A stretch of DNA of 62,000 bases from contig NW_008806294.1 of NCBI RefSeq assembly GCF_000400465.1, forward strand, positions 1 to 62,000. Reading direction: 5' to 3'. The notes beneath the pieces are model-generated. The model searched no databases. It had not been told where the DNA came from and saw only the letters and a list, made by a program, of their open reading frames with translations. The stretch comes from Wallemia ichthyophaga EXF-994 (lineage: Eukaryota > Fungi > Basidiomycota). Below, piece by piece: positions 13,712 to 25,200 of this stretch (the stretch's first letter is position 1; the number at the start of each line of letters is the position of its first letter). The position numbers were made by a program, and so were the translations under genes.

Positions 13712-15379
13712 ATGTCACTTTTACAAGCAATTTCTACTTTCTTTAACCCACAGACTACGTTATCTTCAATACCAAATCGTAATAGAGGCGTCGCAGCTAG
13801 TGGCAGTCCAACAACGCCATCAGTTATCCCTTTAAACCCAAATTTGAATAAATCAGATTGTGGTACTCCACCACCAAGTAGCTCTACTTTCATCCCGAAT
13901 TCACCTGCATTGCATCCATTTCCACCACCAAGTCCTTATCCTCCTTTGAAAAGTACTTATCAACGTATTAAAAAGTGGTCAAAGAGTCGATGTCCTGAGA
14001 TCTATGACACTTTAAATATACCCGCTTCAATTCTCACTTTAGACGCTCTTGAACTTAATATCGGTTTTCAATTACCACCTGCAGTTAGAGATTACTTTTT
14101 AGTTCATGATGGTCAAGACATTGATAACGATTCCGATGGTTTGTTATTTGGTTTACACCTCCTTCCCATCGACGACGTACTTGAACAGTATGACTTTTGG
14201 AGAAGCGTTGATGAACATGATCAGGTTCATAACAATCATTTCTTACTTTCACGCATGAAATCTGTTCCTCATGGTTGGGTAAAATGTCTCTACTCCAACC
14301 CCGCTTGGTTACCTTTAGCTACTGATAAAATGGGTAATTACATTGGTGTAGATTTAGATCCTCCAACTGATCAACCAGGTGCTGTACCTGGTCAAGTCAT
14401 TCTTTTCGGTAGAGATATTGATACAAAGGTTGTTGTTTGTCATTCTGATGGCTCTGGCGGTTGGGGAAAGTTCATGTCTCACTTCGCTGACTTATTAGAA
14501 ACTGATCAAGTTACTTTTAAACATGACGATAGTTACTTAAGTAGCTCTATTGATAGTATAGATGACTATATAGGATCTGCAAATAAAATTGGAATGAAAA
14601 TTGGTGGCGAGTATAAAGGTTGGGATGTTATTGAGGCGCTATTTGATAAGAGTGTAAAGTTTTGGTCGGAAATCGGTCTTGGGGAGGAAGATGCACCAGC
14701 TTTAAACGTTGAATCCCCTCATGGTACACTCTCACCGATTTCCATACCACAATCATCTGGAAAACAGAGAGCTCAAACAGAACCAATTCCATCAACAAGT
14801 AAAGCGACTTTAACACCGGAGAGAAAGTCGGATAGGATGAGAGTGAGCCACTCAGATAATGGCAAAACACACCAACGCAGATCAGCAGTCACACTTCCAC
14901 CAGCTGCACCAATAGATTTGCCTACATCTGATCAAATAAGGGAGGTTGCGAATGAGGCGAGAAATGAGGCAAACAATGGCAAGTCGTGGATATTGCCATC
15001 GCACGTACAACAAACAGTATCAAAGCAGAAGATGCACCAGGATTACACTAATGGGGATATAACCGAGTTAAGAAATTTTGGTAGATCATCAACGCCGACA
15101 TTGTCATTGACATCAACATCTAATGCCACAGTGGATAGTTTGGGATTGGAGCATGGTAATGGTGGTGGTGAGAACAGCAACAATAATAACAACAGTAACA
15201 GTAATAGCAGTGGGATAAGGAATAGCTTAGGACTTGCACATAGCAACAACTCAGATGAGTCAACCAACCCAATGGCGTCAACTATCAGACTTGTACACTC
15301 ACCTGAGCGTATAAACAAGTCAACACTTAACAAGAATGAAGATTTTCAAGATGTTTCACTAGATATCAGCCCGATGTGA
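13712..15379 (+). CDS. SMI1: Smi1/Knr4 glucan-synthesis regulator, intronless
   Basis: CPEIYDTLN.PA, LPPAVRDYFLVHDGQ, LLFGLHLLP, YSNPAWLPLATDKMGNYIGVDLDPP, GQVILFGRDIDTKVV. Confidence 0.9.
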   Translation: MSLLQAISTFFNPQTTLSSIPNRNRGVAASGSPTTPSVIPLNPNLNKSDCGTPPPSSSTFIPNSPALHPFPPPSPYPPLKSTYQRIKKWSKSRCPEIYDTLNIPASILTLDALELNIGFQLPPAVRDYFLVHDGQDIDNDSDGLLFGLHLLPIDDVLEQYDFWRSVDEHDQVHNNHFLLSRMKSVPHGWVKCLYSNPAWLPLATDKMGNYIGVDLDPPTDQPGAVPGQVILFGRDIDTKVVVCHSDGSGGWGKFMSHFADLLETDQVTFKHDDSYLSSSIDSIDDYIGSANKIGMKIGGEYKGWDVIEALFDKSVKFWSEIGLGEEDAPALNVESPHGTLSPISIPQSSGKQRAQTEPIPSTSKATLTPERKSDRMRVSHSDNGKTHQRRSAVTLPPAAPIDLPTSDQIREVANEARNEANNGKSWILPSHVQQTVSKQKMHQDYTNGDITELRNFGRSSTPTLSLTSTSNATVDSLGLEHGNGGGENSNNNNNSNSNSSGIRNSLGLAHSNNSDESTNPMASTIRLVHSPERINKSTLNKNEDFQDVSLDISPM

Positions 15380-15492
15380 GAACAAAATTTTTGCGAGCAT
15401 ACATACATAATAAGAAAGATAATGAACAATTGTATACTATAACCAATTCAGAGTATTTATCACAAGATTTCAAAAATTAAGAGATAAGAAAA

Positions 15493-16324
15493 TTAAACAA
15501 GAAGTACAGCATTAACGCAACCGTCATTTTCAGGGTTGTTAGTTATTTGGGCATACTTACCCCAAACGACTTTACCACCAGTAGTGACCATACCGAGTTC
15601 ACTTACGTTAACTTCGAGTACGGTGCCCTTCGTGAGGACGCCAAGTTGAGAGTAGAGAGGAGACTGAGGGTTCTTCTTAACGCCGATGATGGGGAGTTGG
15701 AAGGTAGTCTTGAGTTCAGGGTGAGTGACGTTTGCCTTCTTCATACGCAAGCCAGAAGGTCTAATGAAACGCTCAAGCTTTGGAGGTTTGCGGGTAAAGT
15801 TCTCACCGACAAAGGTAGGTTTAGTGATCATTCTCTTCCAAGATTTCTGCTTCTTGGAGCCGGTTTTGATAACCTTGAAAACCTCTTCCTCTGCGATACC
15901 TTTAACTTTTGGAAGGGGAACGCTAAACCTCGCAGCTTTATCTTTACGCTTTTGTTTGATGGCTGAGCTGATGGATTTGGCATCACGCTGTTCATTCCTA
16001 TCCATGAGGTAGGTTGGGAGAGCAGCGCTATCGTCTGGCTTCTCTTCATCTTTTTTAACGTTCCTCTCGCTGTGGTTTTTCATAGTCTTCTTCATTTGAA
16101 CCTTCTCAGCGTGCTTCTGCTTGTGCATCATCTTAGCCTTGAGACCATGAGTCTGTCTGGCGACCTTTGAATTCTGGTGCACCGATCTAGCCTCCTTCTT
16201 GCGAAGTTTCTCATCGTGATCGAGACGTTTACCGTATCTCCTTTGGTGTTCTTCAATGTACTCGTTTTGAGGCTGTGGAAATTAAATTAGCAGGTTTATC
16301 CATTTATTTACAGCCACTAACCAT
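15493..16324 (-). CDS. NSA2: Ribosome biogenesis protein Nsa2 (exon 1 = ATG only; intron 16273-16321)
   Basis: ATG|GTTAGT...CTAAT...CAG|CCT CAA AAC GAG gives the conserved [10 protein letters not shown] start. [52 protein letters not shown]. Confidence 0.95.
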
Positions 16325-16362
16325 TACAAGTAGATGACGGTTAAACTTTAACAAGTACAACC

Positions 16363-17157
16363 ATGTCTTCCCATCTATTCGATAATCAAAATATAATTAA
16401 AAATTCAAATCCAAATTTCTACAAGCCAGATTTAAATTTCTACAGTAATCCTGTCCCTGCTTCTGCATCTAGTATTGATGGGAGTATGGGTATGAGTATG
16501 GGCACGGCAAATACAAACGATGGATACACCAGTCTATCTCCAAACAGTGCTGGGTTCATGAGCACCACTTATCATGGTCCTTGGTGGCACGCATTTGGCA
16601 CTGGCGGTTTGGACGGTGAAGATGCCTTATTGAGCGAGTTGGGTATTAACTTTAGTCATATACTCACGAAATCACTCGCTGTACTCAATCCATTCTCTAA
16701 TAAAGTTGATGATCGCTTAATGGACGATGCTGATCTTGCTGGACCACTCGTTTTCTGGGGTGCATTTGGTTTAGCTTTGTTGCTATCGGGTAAGGCGCAG
16801 TTTGGTTATATTTATGGTGTGGCCTTGGTCGGTAGTATTAGTATATATGGACTTCTCAACGTTATGAGTCCACAAGGTATTGAAGTTTCACGTACTGCTT
16901 CAGTTCTCGGTTATTGTCTCCTACCTATGGTTATCCTATCCGTGATTAGCGTACCATTTGAGATGGATAATTGGATTGGTTATGCACTATCCACTATCAT
17001 CACTTTCTGGTGCACTTTCTCCGCTAGTGGTATATTTGTCACAGTCCAGCAGATGACGGAACAGCGGCTATTGGTTGCATATCCTGTGGCATTACTATAT
17101 GCGTGTTTTGCATTATTGAGTGTGTTTACAGAGGGTGGAGTTGGGAATAAGCAGTAA
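16363..17157 (+). CDS. YIP1: Yip1 ER-Golgi membrane protein, intronless
   Basis: LLSELGINFSHI..KSLAVLNP, DDADLAGPL, GKAQFGYIYG, SVLGYCLLP, LLVAYPVALLY. Confidence 0.92.
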   Translation: MSSHLFDNQNIIKNSNPNFYKPDLNFYSNPVPASASSIDGSMGMSMGTANTNDGYTSLSPNSAGFMSTTYHGPWWHAFGTGGLDGEDALLSELGINFSHILTKSLAVLNPFSNKVDDRLMDDADLAGPLVFWGAFGLALLLSGKAQFGYIYGVALVGSISIYGLLNVMSPQGIEVSRTASVLGYCLLPMVILSVISVPFEMDNWIGYALSTIITFWCTFSASGIFVTVQQMTEQRLLVAYPVALLYACFALLSVFTEGGVGNKQ

Positions 17158-17212
17158 TTAATGAGTATATCCAATTTATACCCGTGAATGTTATTATACA
17201 TGAATTATTACA

Positions 17213-18001
17213 TCACTTATCACTCCGTCTAAACCTCGAATAATGATCATCATCACTCGCCTTACCAGATTGTCTATAATCGTTGATTGCATCTTGTTGG
17301 TTGATTGGGAGTAAAGAACTGCTATCGATACGTGATTTTATGAGGGAAGGTTGAGAGAATCTGATTTGAGAGTGGTTAGAATTATCAACTTGATCTAAAT
17401 GATTAGATGTATGCTTAAATCGCTGTTTAGCTTTTTCGGTGTTTTCAATGTTCCTGAGTTTAGCATCCACGCCTAAATCGACTTCAGGGATAGTAGTGAG
17501 CATACTCTCAGAGCGAGTAATACTGCCATCGTGTGCGGGTTGCTTGTGAGGGTGTTTGGGAGTGTATTGTTGAGCAATAGCGTATAATTCACTTGAAGGA
17601 TCGTTTAATTGAGTTGGAGTGGGCGTATGAGAGAGTGAATGAGTATCGCCCTTCCTTCGCTTCAATTCCTCCTCAATGAACACCATCATAGCCTTATCGA
17701 CGTTTATAGTTGGTGAGTGTGTGGTGAAGTTTGAGTTGGTTGAGTGGTTTGAATGGTTATCCTGTTCAATATCCTGATCCAAACGCGATCGTTTGTTATC
17801 AGGAGTATTACCTCCACTAACCAGCTTATCAACATCAATACCCGGAGAAGTCCTCTTTAATTTCCTTAAAAGGTGTTTTTCATGGATAGCGGATTGGGAT
17901 TGGGATTGAGATTGGTTTATACTCTGTTGATCATCTTGTTCATTGAAAATACCACGTTTATTACTAAAATTACACCTATTCACTTTACGCTGCTTGAACA
18001 T
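17213..18001 (-). CDS. TLS1: C9orf78/Tls1 (Hep59) splicing-associated protein
   Basis: INVDKAMMVFIEEELKRR, IPEVDLGVDAKLRNIENTEKAK, KASDDDHYSRFRR. Probable start MFKQRK at 18001. Confidence 0.8.
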   Translation of the reverse strand: MFKQRKVNRCNFSNKRGIFNEQDDQQSINQSQSQSQSAIHEKHLLRKLKRTSPGIDVDKLVSGGNTPDNKRSRLDQDIEQDNHSNHSTNSNFTTHSPTINVDKAMMVFIEEELKRRKGDTHSLSHTPTPTQLNDPSSELYAIAQQYTPKHPHKQPAHDGSITRSESMLTTIPEVDLGVDAKLRNIENTEKAKQRFKHTSNHLDQVDNSNHSQIRFSQPSLIKSRIDSSSLLPINQQDAINDYRQSGKASDDDHYSRFRRSDK

Positions 18002-18024
18002 GATAACGTTATAAACTAACTGTG

Positions 18025-18633
18025 ATGAGTGAAGGTGTAAGAGAGGAAGAAAGATTGCCACCGATAAATATGATTGGCGTGGGTGGATCAGGGGTAACTG
18101 AAGGCGTGAATGGAGTACCTGGTGTATCAACTATATCAACTATATCACCCAGTGTACCACACAATCTACAGCAACAACAACAGCAATTACCAATAGGTTT
18201 ACCACAATCAACTCAAGCATCTCATTCAACTCATTCCTCACAAGCTGCAACTAAAGCAAGAAATAGGAATCCTTCTGCGAACGGTCCAACAGTTGCAAGT
18301 CAAGCGGACGATGAAAAGTATGTAAATAAGTTTAGAGAAATGAAGTTTAAGACAAGAGGAGTAATGAGGGTGAGTTATTTTATACATATTATATTCATTT
18401 ATTAACCTTATAAACCTTGAAATCCAGGAAAATGATTCACTTTATTTGAAATTACTTAAAACTCAATGGTCAATTAAACGCGCAAAGTTGTTTAGGGCGT
18501 AGGTTTTATTTACATTATATGTATTAACTTACCAACTCACAATCCCCATACAGAATCCTATATGAAAGATTACAAGATGTAAAAGATAAAGAGGTTGATA
18601 AAGATGATACAAATGATGTTTAGTTTATTTATT
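18025..18633 (+). CDS. Small INO80 subunit E (Ino80E-like coiled coil) protein, 3 exons
   Basis: Splicing (GTGAGT ~18370..CAG 18428; GTAGGT ~18499..CAG 18553) gives DDEKYVNKFREMKFKTRGVMRENDSLYLKLLKTQWSIKRAKLFRAILYERLQ. This matches the KY..LK.K......END.L...L.....R...RAILYERL pattern. Confidence 0.6.
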
Positions 18634-18712
18634 TATTTTTGTTTACATTTATACACATTTATACACATTTATACATATTTTATTGTGAATTTCTTCCCCT
18701 TCCGATACAATC

Positions 18713-20089
18713 ATGGTGGACACACTCAGCAGCGCACTCAATGGGTTATCAATCAATGATCTTCACCCACTCCATCAATCTATCATACAAGGCCAAGCTA
18801 CCATCAACATTGGTACCATCGGTCACGTCGCTCACGGTAAATCAACTGTTGTTAAATCTATATCTGGTGTACACACCGTTCGCTTTAAAAATGAATTAGA
18901 GCGTAATATCACTATTAAACTTGGTTACGCAAATGCTAAAATATTCAAATGCGATGAGCCCTCATGCCCTAGACCTGGTTGCTATAGAAGCTATCCATCC
19001 AACAAAGAACCAAATCCTTTATGTGAAAATGAAAACTGTCAAGGTTCTATGCACCTCGTACGTCACGTTTCCTTCGTTGATTGTCCTGGTCACGACATTC
19101 TCATGGCTACCATGCTTAACGGTGCTGCTGTTATGGATGCTGCATTATTATTAGTTGCTGCAAATGAATCTTGTCCACAACCTCAAACTTCTGAACATTT
19201 AGCTGCTGTTGAAATCATGAAACTCAAGGATATCATCATTCTTCAAAACAAAGTCGACCTTATCCGCGAACAACAAGCTGAAGAGCACTGGAAGAGTATT
19301 GTCGATTTCGTACACGGTACTAGTGCCACAAATGCTCCAATTGTTCCCATCAGTGCTCAACTTAAATACAACATTGACGCTGTCTGTGAGTATCTCGTCA
19401 AAACTGTCCCTGTCCCTGAGCGTGATTTCGCTGCCCCACCTAAACTCATCGTCATTCGCTCATTCGATGTAAACAAACCAGGTTCTGACGTCGATGATCT
19501 TAAGGGGGGTGTAGCTGGTGGAAGTATTCTACAAGGTGTCTTACACATTGGTCAGGAGATTGAAGTTCGTCCTGGTATCGTCACTAAAGACAACGACGGT
19601 AACATTCACTGCAAACCTATTAAATCAAAAATTGTTTCCCTCCTCGCTGAACAGAATAAACTCAACTTTGCAGTTCCAGGTGGTTTGATTGGTGTGGGCA
19701 CTAAAATTGATCCTACTCTTTGCAGAGCTGATCGTCTCGTCGGTCAAGTACTCGGTGCACCTAACGGCCTCCCATTCATCTACACCGAATTGGAAATTAA
19801 TTACTTCCTCCTCAGACGTCTTCTTGGTGTAAAGAGCGATGATAAGAAACAAACAAAGGTCGCTAAATTGGCAAAGAATGAGGTTCTCATGGTTAACATT
19901 GGCTCTACTTCTACAGGTGGTAGAGTCATGTCAGTTAAAGCTGATTTAGCTAAAATATACCTCACTTCTCCTGCTTGCACTGAGGTTGGTGAGAAGGTTG
20001 CCCTCTCACGTCGTATTGAGAGACATTGGCGTCTCGTTGGTTGGGGTACTGTTGTTGCTGGTCAAGTACTCGATATCGAGAGTGCGTAG
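18713..20089 (+). CDS. GCD11: Translation initiation factor eIF2 gamma, intronless
   Basis: [74 protein letters not shown]. Confidence 0.98.
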   Translation: MVDTLSSALNGLSINDLHPLHQSIIQGQATINIGTIGHVAHGKSTVVKSISGVHTVRFKNELERNITIKLGYANAKIFKCDEPSCPRPGCYRSYPSNKEPNPLCENENCQGSMHLVRHVSFVDCPGHDILMATMLNGAAVMDAALLLVAANESCPQPQTSEHLAAVEIMKLKDIIILQNKVDLIREQQAEEHWKSIVDFVHGTSATNAPIVPISAQLKYNIDAVCEYLVKTVPVPERDFAAPPKLIVIRSFDVNKPGSDVDDLKGGVAGGSILQGVLHIGQEIEVRPGIVTKDNDGNIHCKPIKSKIVSLLAEQNKLNFAVPGGLIGVGTKIDPTLCRADRLVGQVLGAPNGLPFIYTELEINYFLLRRLLGVKSDDKKQTKVAKLAKNEVLMVNIGSTSTGGRVMSVKADLAKIYLTSPACTEVGEKVALSRRIERHWRLVGWGTVVAGQVLDIESA

Positions 20090-20259
20090 ATGGTGTTTTC
20101 TTTATTAAAACAAAAAAAAAGTCCTTTTTCCCCTCTGCATACATATTATTTGCATTATTATTGGTCATATATCTTGTCATGTTGTCATGTTGTCATTACA
20201 ATGCATAAGCAAACAAAGCATATTATCATGTCCGTGCGTCACTCCCCATTCTACCCTAC

Positions 20260-21942
20260 TCACACCCCATATGGCCCTGGCCAGCTCAAAGCACCTGGAT
20301 TCGCCACTTGGCATGCGTTCGTGGTGAACGACGGCATCCTTGCGGGAGTGCGTGAAGATGGAGTGGTTTGCGATATGTGTGCGATGTGTGAGTCGTGTGT
20401 CTCATGTGCCTCGCCTGCCTTGTCCTGTCGGTATGAAGAGCTAACGACGAACCACCTAGCGCTGTTGAGTGTGTGGGTGTGTGTATGTGCGTAACCGTTA
20501 CTCTGACTTTGACTCTCCTCCTTTACTCCCTCATCCATCTCCATCCCTTTCACCCCCATCTCATCTGACGGTCCAAGCAATGCTGCAATAGAGAGTGGGT
20601 TGGCTGGATGGCTTAGCTGCGGGGCCGGGTGAGGGGAGTGCTGTTTGTAGCGGGGTGAGTGGTGAGTATGGTGATTCGGATGAGTAGGTATAGTGTGTCC
20701 ACCTTGTCCACCTCCTCTCCTCCCTAACCGCGCCACGCCCAGCCATCTATCGAAATCGGCGAAGAACTGCAGCAGACGCGCGTCGAATGCGTTTGAGTGC
20801 GAGCGTGATTGGGGGTATGCGTATGAGTATGACTGCTTCTCCGCAAATTTACACTCCAGCGCGTGCAAATGCTCACCCAAATCACTCGTACTCTCAGACA
20901 TATCTAGGAAATTACCTAAGCGATCACGCAGCATCCCATCCAACTCCTCCGCCTGCACTATGCTCTTATCACTGAAGAGCATCTTGAGTGCGTTGCTGAG
21001 TTTTTGTTTTTCTGACATCGGGTTTGACGTTGTTTGCGCAGAAATAGGCATCCGCGTCATCCCTAATAAAACCTCCGCTGGTCGTACTCCCTTCCACTCA
21101 TATTCCATGTAGCCCTGGATTAGAGCATATGTGAGTAAGTCTGCGAAAAGTGTGTACCAGTGTGTGGATGGGTGTGATGTGTGCGACATTTCAGATTCGC
21201 AAGATTCTTCCATTAGACTGCCTTTCCCCGCTGTTTGCAATATAAACTGGGAATTCAACCCATCTAACAAAGATTGATAAGTATTAAGTGAGATTGATTG
21301 TGCTTTTAATTCTTGTTGTAATGTCTCAAGTCTAGAATGGTACTCCTTGGGAATGTCTTGTAGGAGATATGAGGAGATAATGATGAAAGAAGGGATAACG
21401 TCAATTAGATTGTTTAATCGAGTTAGATTAGTTGAAGATGAAAATTTGCAACCATTGTTATAAACCTCAATCGCTTTATCAGATGGATTTATAGTAGATA
21501 AGGAACGTAAAGGAAATATCCAAGCAGCTTCAGGACCAGCGCCTCTAGGGATCGAGTTAAAGATAGATTTCTTCTGAGAATTAAAGAGATTGAGAATCAA
21601 GTGGAGATGTGTGAGAGAGTGAGTGGATTGTATAAGCCTATCTAAGGCGTTTGAGAGGATAAGTCTGTATTCCACTTTTACATCCAAGTGATGGCAGACG
21701 ATGTGTTTGTGGAGGTTGGGAGTGCCATTGCCACCACCGACGCTACCACCGCTTCCTAAAAACTCAAACTTCCCAACAAGACCCAAATAAACCAAATAAT
21801 CGAAAATCAATTCCTTTGAAGATGATTTATTTTGAGCAACGTTGAATTGATTTATTGGATAATTCCAGATATTTTTACTTTTGTATTGCTGATTGTGCGT
21901 ACTGCTCTCATCTCTAATGATAATGCTCCTACTTCTAGCCAT
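20260..21942 (-). CDS. Hypothetical 560-aa protein (LisH-like N-terminal motif, helical core, His/Pro-rich tail)
   Basis: Long uninterrupted ORF. KELIFDYLVYLG resembles a LisH helix. HWYTLFADLLTYALIQGYMEYEW core. No family recognised with certainty. Confidence 0.7.
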   Translation of the reverse strand: MARSRSIIIRDESSTHNQQYKSKNIWNYPINQFNVAQNKSSSKELIFDYLVYLGLVGKFEFLGSGGSVGGGNGTPNLHKHIVCHHLDVKVEYRLILSNALDRLIQSTHSLTHLHLILNLFNSQKKSIFNSIPRGAGPEAAWIFPLRSLSTINPSDKAIEVYNNGCKFSSSTNLTRLNNLIDVIPSFIIISSYLLQDIPKEYHSRLETLQQELKAQSISLNTYQSLLDGLNSQFILQTAGKGSLMEESCESEMSHTSHPSTHWYTLFADLLTYALIQGYMEYEWKGVRPAEVLLGMTRMPISAQTTSNPMSEKQKLSNALKMLFSDKSIVQAEELDGMLRDRLGNFLDMSESTSDLGEHLHALECKFAEKQSYSYAYPQSRSHSNAFDARLLQFFADFDRWLGVARLGRRGGGQGGHTIPTHPNHHTHHSPRYKQHSPHPAPQLSHPANPLSIAALLGPSDEMGVKGMEMDEGVKEESQSQSNGYAHTHTHTLNSARWFVVSSSYRQDKAGEAHETHDSHIAHISQTTPSSRTPARMPSFTTNACQVANPGALSWPGPYGV

Positions 21943-22292
21943 CGTTGGTGATATCGTTGATGATGATGGTGCTTATCACCACGCCACCTTCCTAAACCCA
22001 CAAATATCGCTAAAAACCGGAGATGGTATCGGGTGAATTACATAAATCAGATTCACATAATACACCTTTCTATTAATATACTTGACACAGCCCTCTTGCA
22101 ATTGGCGGACATTCGAAAATTTTGGATCTAGTAAAATCCCCAATACAGCCGATTTGACAGAGCTGTCACGGTGATTGAATAATAAAATTATTTAATTTTA
22201 GGTTTTTACTCGGTATCATTTTTATTTAATTACATTCCAAACTTAGCAACTGAAGCTTCGACACGAGCCACCAAGAAGTAGAAACTCGACAA

Positions 22293-25200
22293 ATGAAATT
22301 ACAGATATCCTCATTGTTATTGGCTTCATTGGCATCATCAACTTTGGCCGCGTATAACCCACACTCACAGCACAAGCATTGGTTGACTTCCCGCGCGGAT
22401 ACTTCCGACGACGTAAGCAAAGTCAATAACAAAGACTTTGATTTCATTGTCGTTGGTGGTGGTGTTGGTGGTTTAGCCGTTGCCGCTAGAATCAGTGAGA
22501 ATGAAAACCTCACTGTGGCTGTAATTGAAGCTGGTGGTGATGGATCTGAGCACGAAGATCAGATTTATATTCCAGGTTACTCCTACTTGAATGGTTTAAC
22601 AGTCTCTGATTACGATTGGAATTACAAAGTCGTTCAACAACAAGTTATCAACGGCAACGACCAGACCTTCGGTTCTAGATGGCCACGTGGTAAAGGTCTA
22701 GGTGGTTCTGGTGCTATCAACGGTCTTTTCTGGTGTAGAGCTTCTAGCGATGAGTACAACGCTTGGAACACCCTCAACCCAGACTCACGTATCGATTGGG
22801 GTTGGGAAGAAATGCAAAAGTACATGAAAAAGTCTGAGACACTTCACAAGCCAAGTCAAGAACACATTGACACCTTCAACATTAACTTTGATGAAGAATA
22901 CCACGGTACTGATGGCCCTATTCAAGTTGGATGGCCATACTACATCTATGACCCTGTCAAGCACTGGATTCCTGCTTACGATTCTCTCGGTATTAATATC
23001 CCAGAAGATGGTGCTTCTGGTAACAACCACGGTCCTGTCATCACTACTTCCACCATCAACCCATCAAACATGTCACGCTCTGATCCAAAAGCTGGCTACA
23101 TCGACCCTCTCCCTCCACGTCCAAATCTCACTATCCTTACTAACCATCAAGTCACTACTGTCGACTTCAGTGATGAAAAAGACGCTGATGGTAACCTCGT
23201 CGCAAATGGTGTCTACTTTGGCAAGACTGATGGCTCAACTGATTCAAACGACTACTTCCGTGCAACTGCAAACAAGGAAGTTATTTTGTCTGGTGGCACT
23301 GTCAATACTCCACAAACCTTGCAACTTTCCGGTATAGGTCCTGAAGATCTCCTTCAGCAATACGACATTGAAGTAAAGAATGCTTTACCAGGTGTTGGTC
23401 ACAACCTTCAAGATCACGCTGCAACTTCAGTCTATTTCAACACAAACGTCGCTGAAACGTGGTACGAGCTTAAGGATGATCAAACGGCTGCTGTTGAATT
23501 AGAAAAGTGGAGAAATGACGACGGTAAATCAAAGTGGTCATACGTCAACCAAGCTATCGCTTACCCAGATGCAAATGACATCATGTCTGACCAACTTGAC
23601 AACTTTTCATCAAATATCCAAAACAACATTGATGAATACGCTGACTCTGTCAAGAACATGTACAATGAAGACGACACTGTTATTGCTGGTATGCGTGAAC
23701 AATGGAACATCACCCATGGTTACCTCGATAAGGAAGTTGGTCAGCTGGAGATGTTAATGACCATGTTGGGTGGAGGCCCAGGTGAAATTGGTTTCCAACT
23801 TGCTATCCAACATCCATTCAGGTGAGTTTTGATTTTTGCGTTTGTCTAACTCTACTCACATAAAACAGTCGTGGTGTTATTGAAATCCAATCCAAAGATC
23901 CATTCACCCACCCTGCCATTGATCCAGGCTACTTAACACACTCAGCTGACATGGAAATTATGCGTCAGGGTGTTCGCTTTGCTATTGAGTTATCCAAGGC
24001 TGGTGAAATGGGTGACTACATTACCAAACAAGAGAACTACAACAACAACACAGATGAGGCTATTGATATGGCTATCAGAAACGACGCACACACTGAGTAC
24101 CACCCACTCGGTACGGCTGCTATGCTTCCACTAAACAAGGGTGGTGTTGTCAACACATCTCTGATTGTCTACGGTACTTCAAACCTTAGAGTAGTTGACT
24201 CTTCAATTATCCCAATAGAGATTAGCGCACACTTGATGGCGACTACTTATGGTATTGCTGAGAAGGCAGCTGATATCATCAAGACTCACTACAGTCAAGA
24301 TGATCCGGACGAAAGAAACAAACAAGGTAGCAGCAGCTCAGAGGAAGGCGATGGCGACAGTGGTGCTAACAAGAAGGGCATCGCTATTGGCGTAGTTGTC
24401 GGTATTGTCGGATTGGCTACTATTGGTGTTAGTATTTAAGCTTCTTAAACCGACATACCGATTCTCCAACTTCCATCTCTCTTTTGTTGCTTTATTCGTT
24501 TCTCGCTTCTCCACTTCTTCGCTATTTCGAACAGAAACTCTATATTGGATTAGATTAGATATTTCACTCGCTTCTTTCTCACTTGGCTTCTTTCTTACCT
24601 TCTCACACTGCGATGAAAATTCGCTAGTAATTAGAACAATTTTCTCTTATTAACATATTCCACAAATTCACACATTCACTGATACGAATACATTCATTTT
24701 GAAATAAACAAAAGCACTGAGAAGGCTATGCCTCCACTCCACACCCACTCCCACTCCCCGTCTATTTATGAAAAAGCACTGACACCTACTCCAGGCCGTC
24801 GCATGGGCTGTCCGCAGGAACATGAAGAAGCGTGCCTGGGCGCACAGCATGGCAGTGAGCACCGGAAGGGGGGTAGAAGCAGAAGGAGAAGGGTCACCTA
24901 CGTGGGGATACAAGGAGGGATCTAGTGCGAATTTGACAGGTGGCGTGGGTGCTGGTGGATTAGCTGCAGCAGGTGCAGGTGCAGGTGCGGTTGCAGTTAC
25001 CTCACAATCAGATGACACACTCTCCCCGTCTCGTCCCTCCTTTCATAGCTACGACGGATTTGACGGCGGCGCAGGCGTAGCTGTCTCGGATCTCCTCACT
25101 AATGGTCACGGATACGGTGTCGTACCTCAGCATGTGAGTTGTGGAGTGTTTTCTTTTTATAGAACTCTTCCTAGATTTTCTAGAAGGGAAGAGGGGAGTG

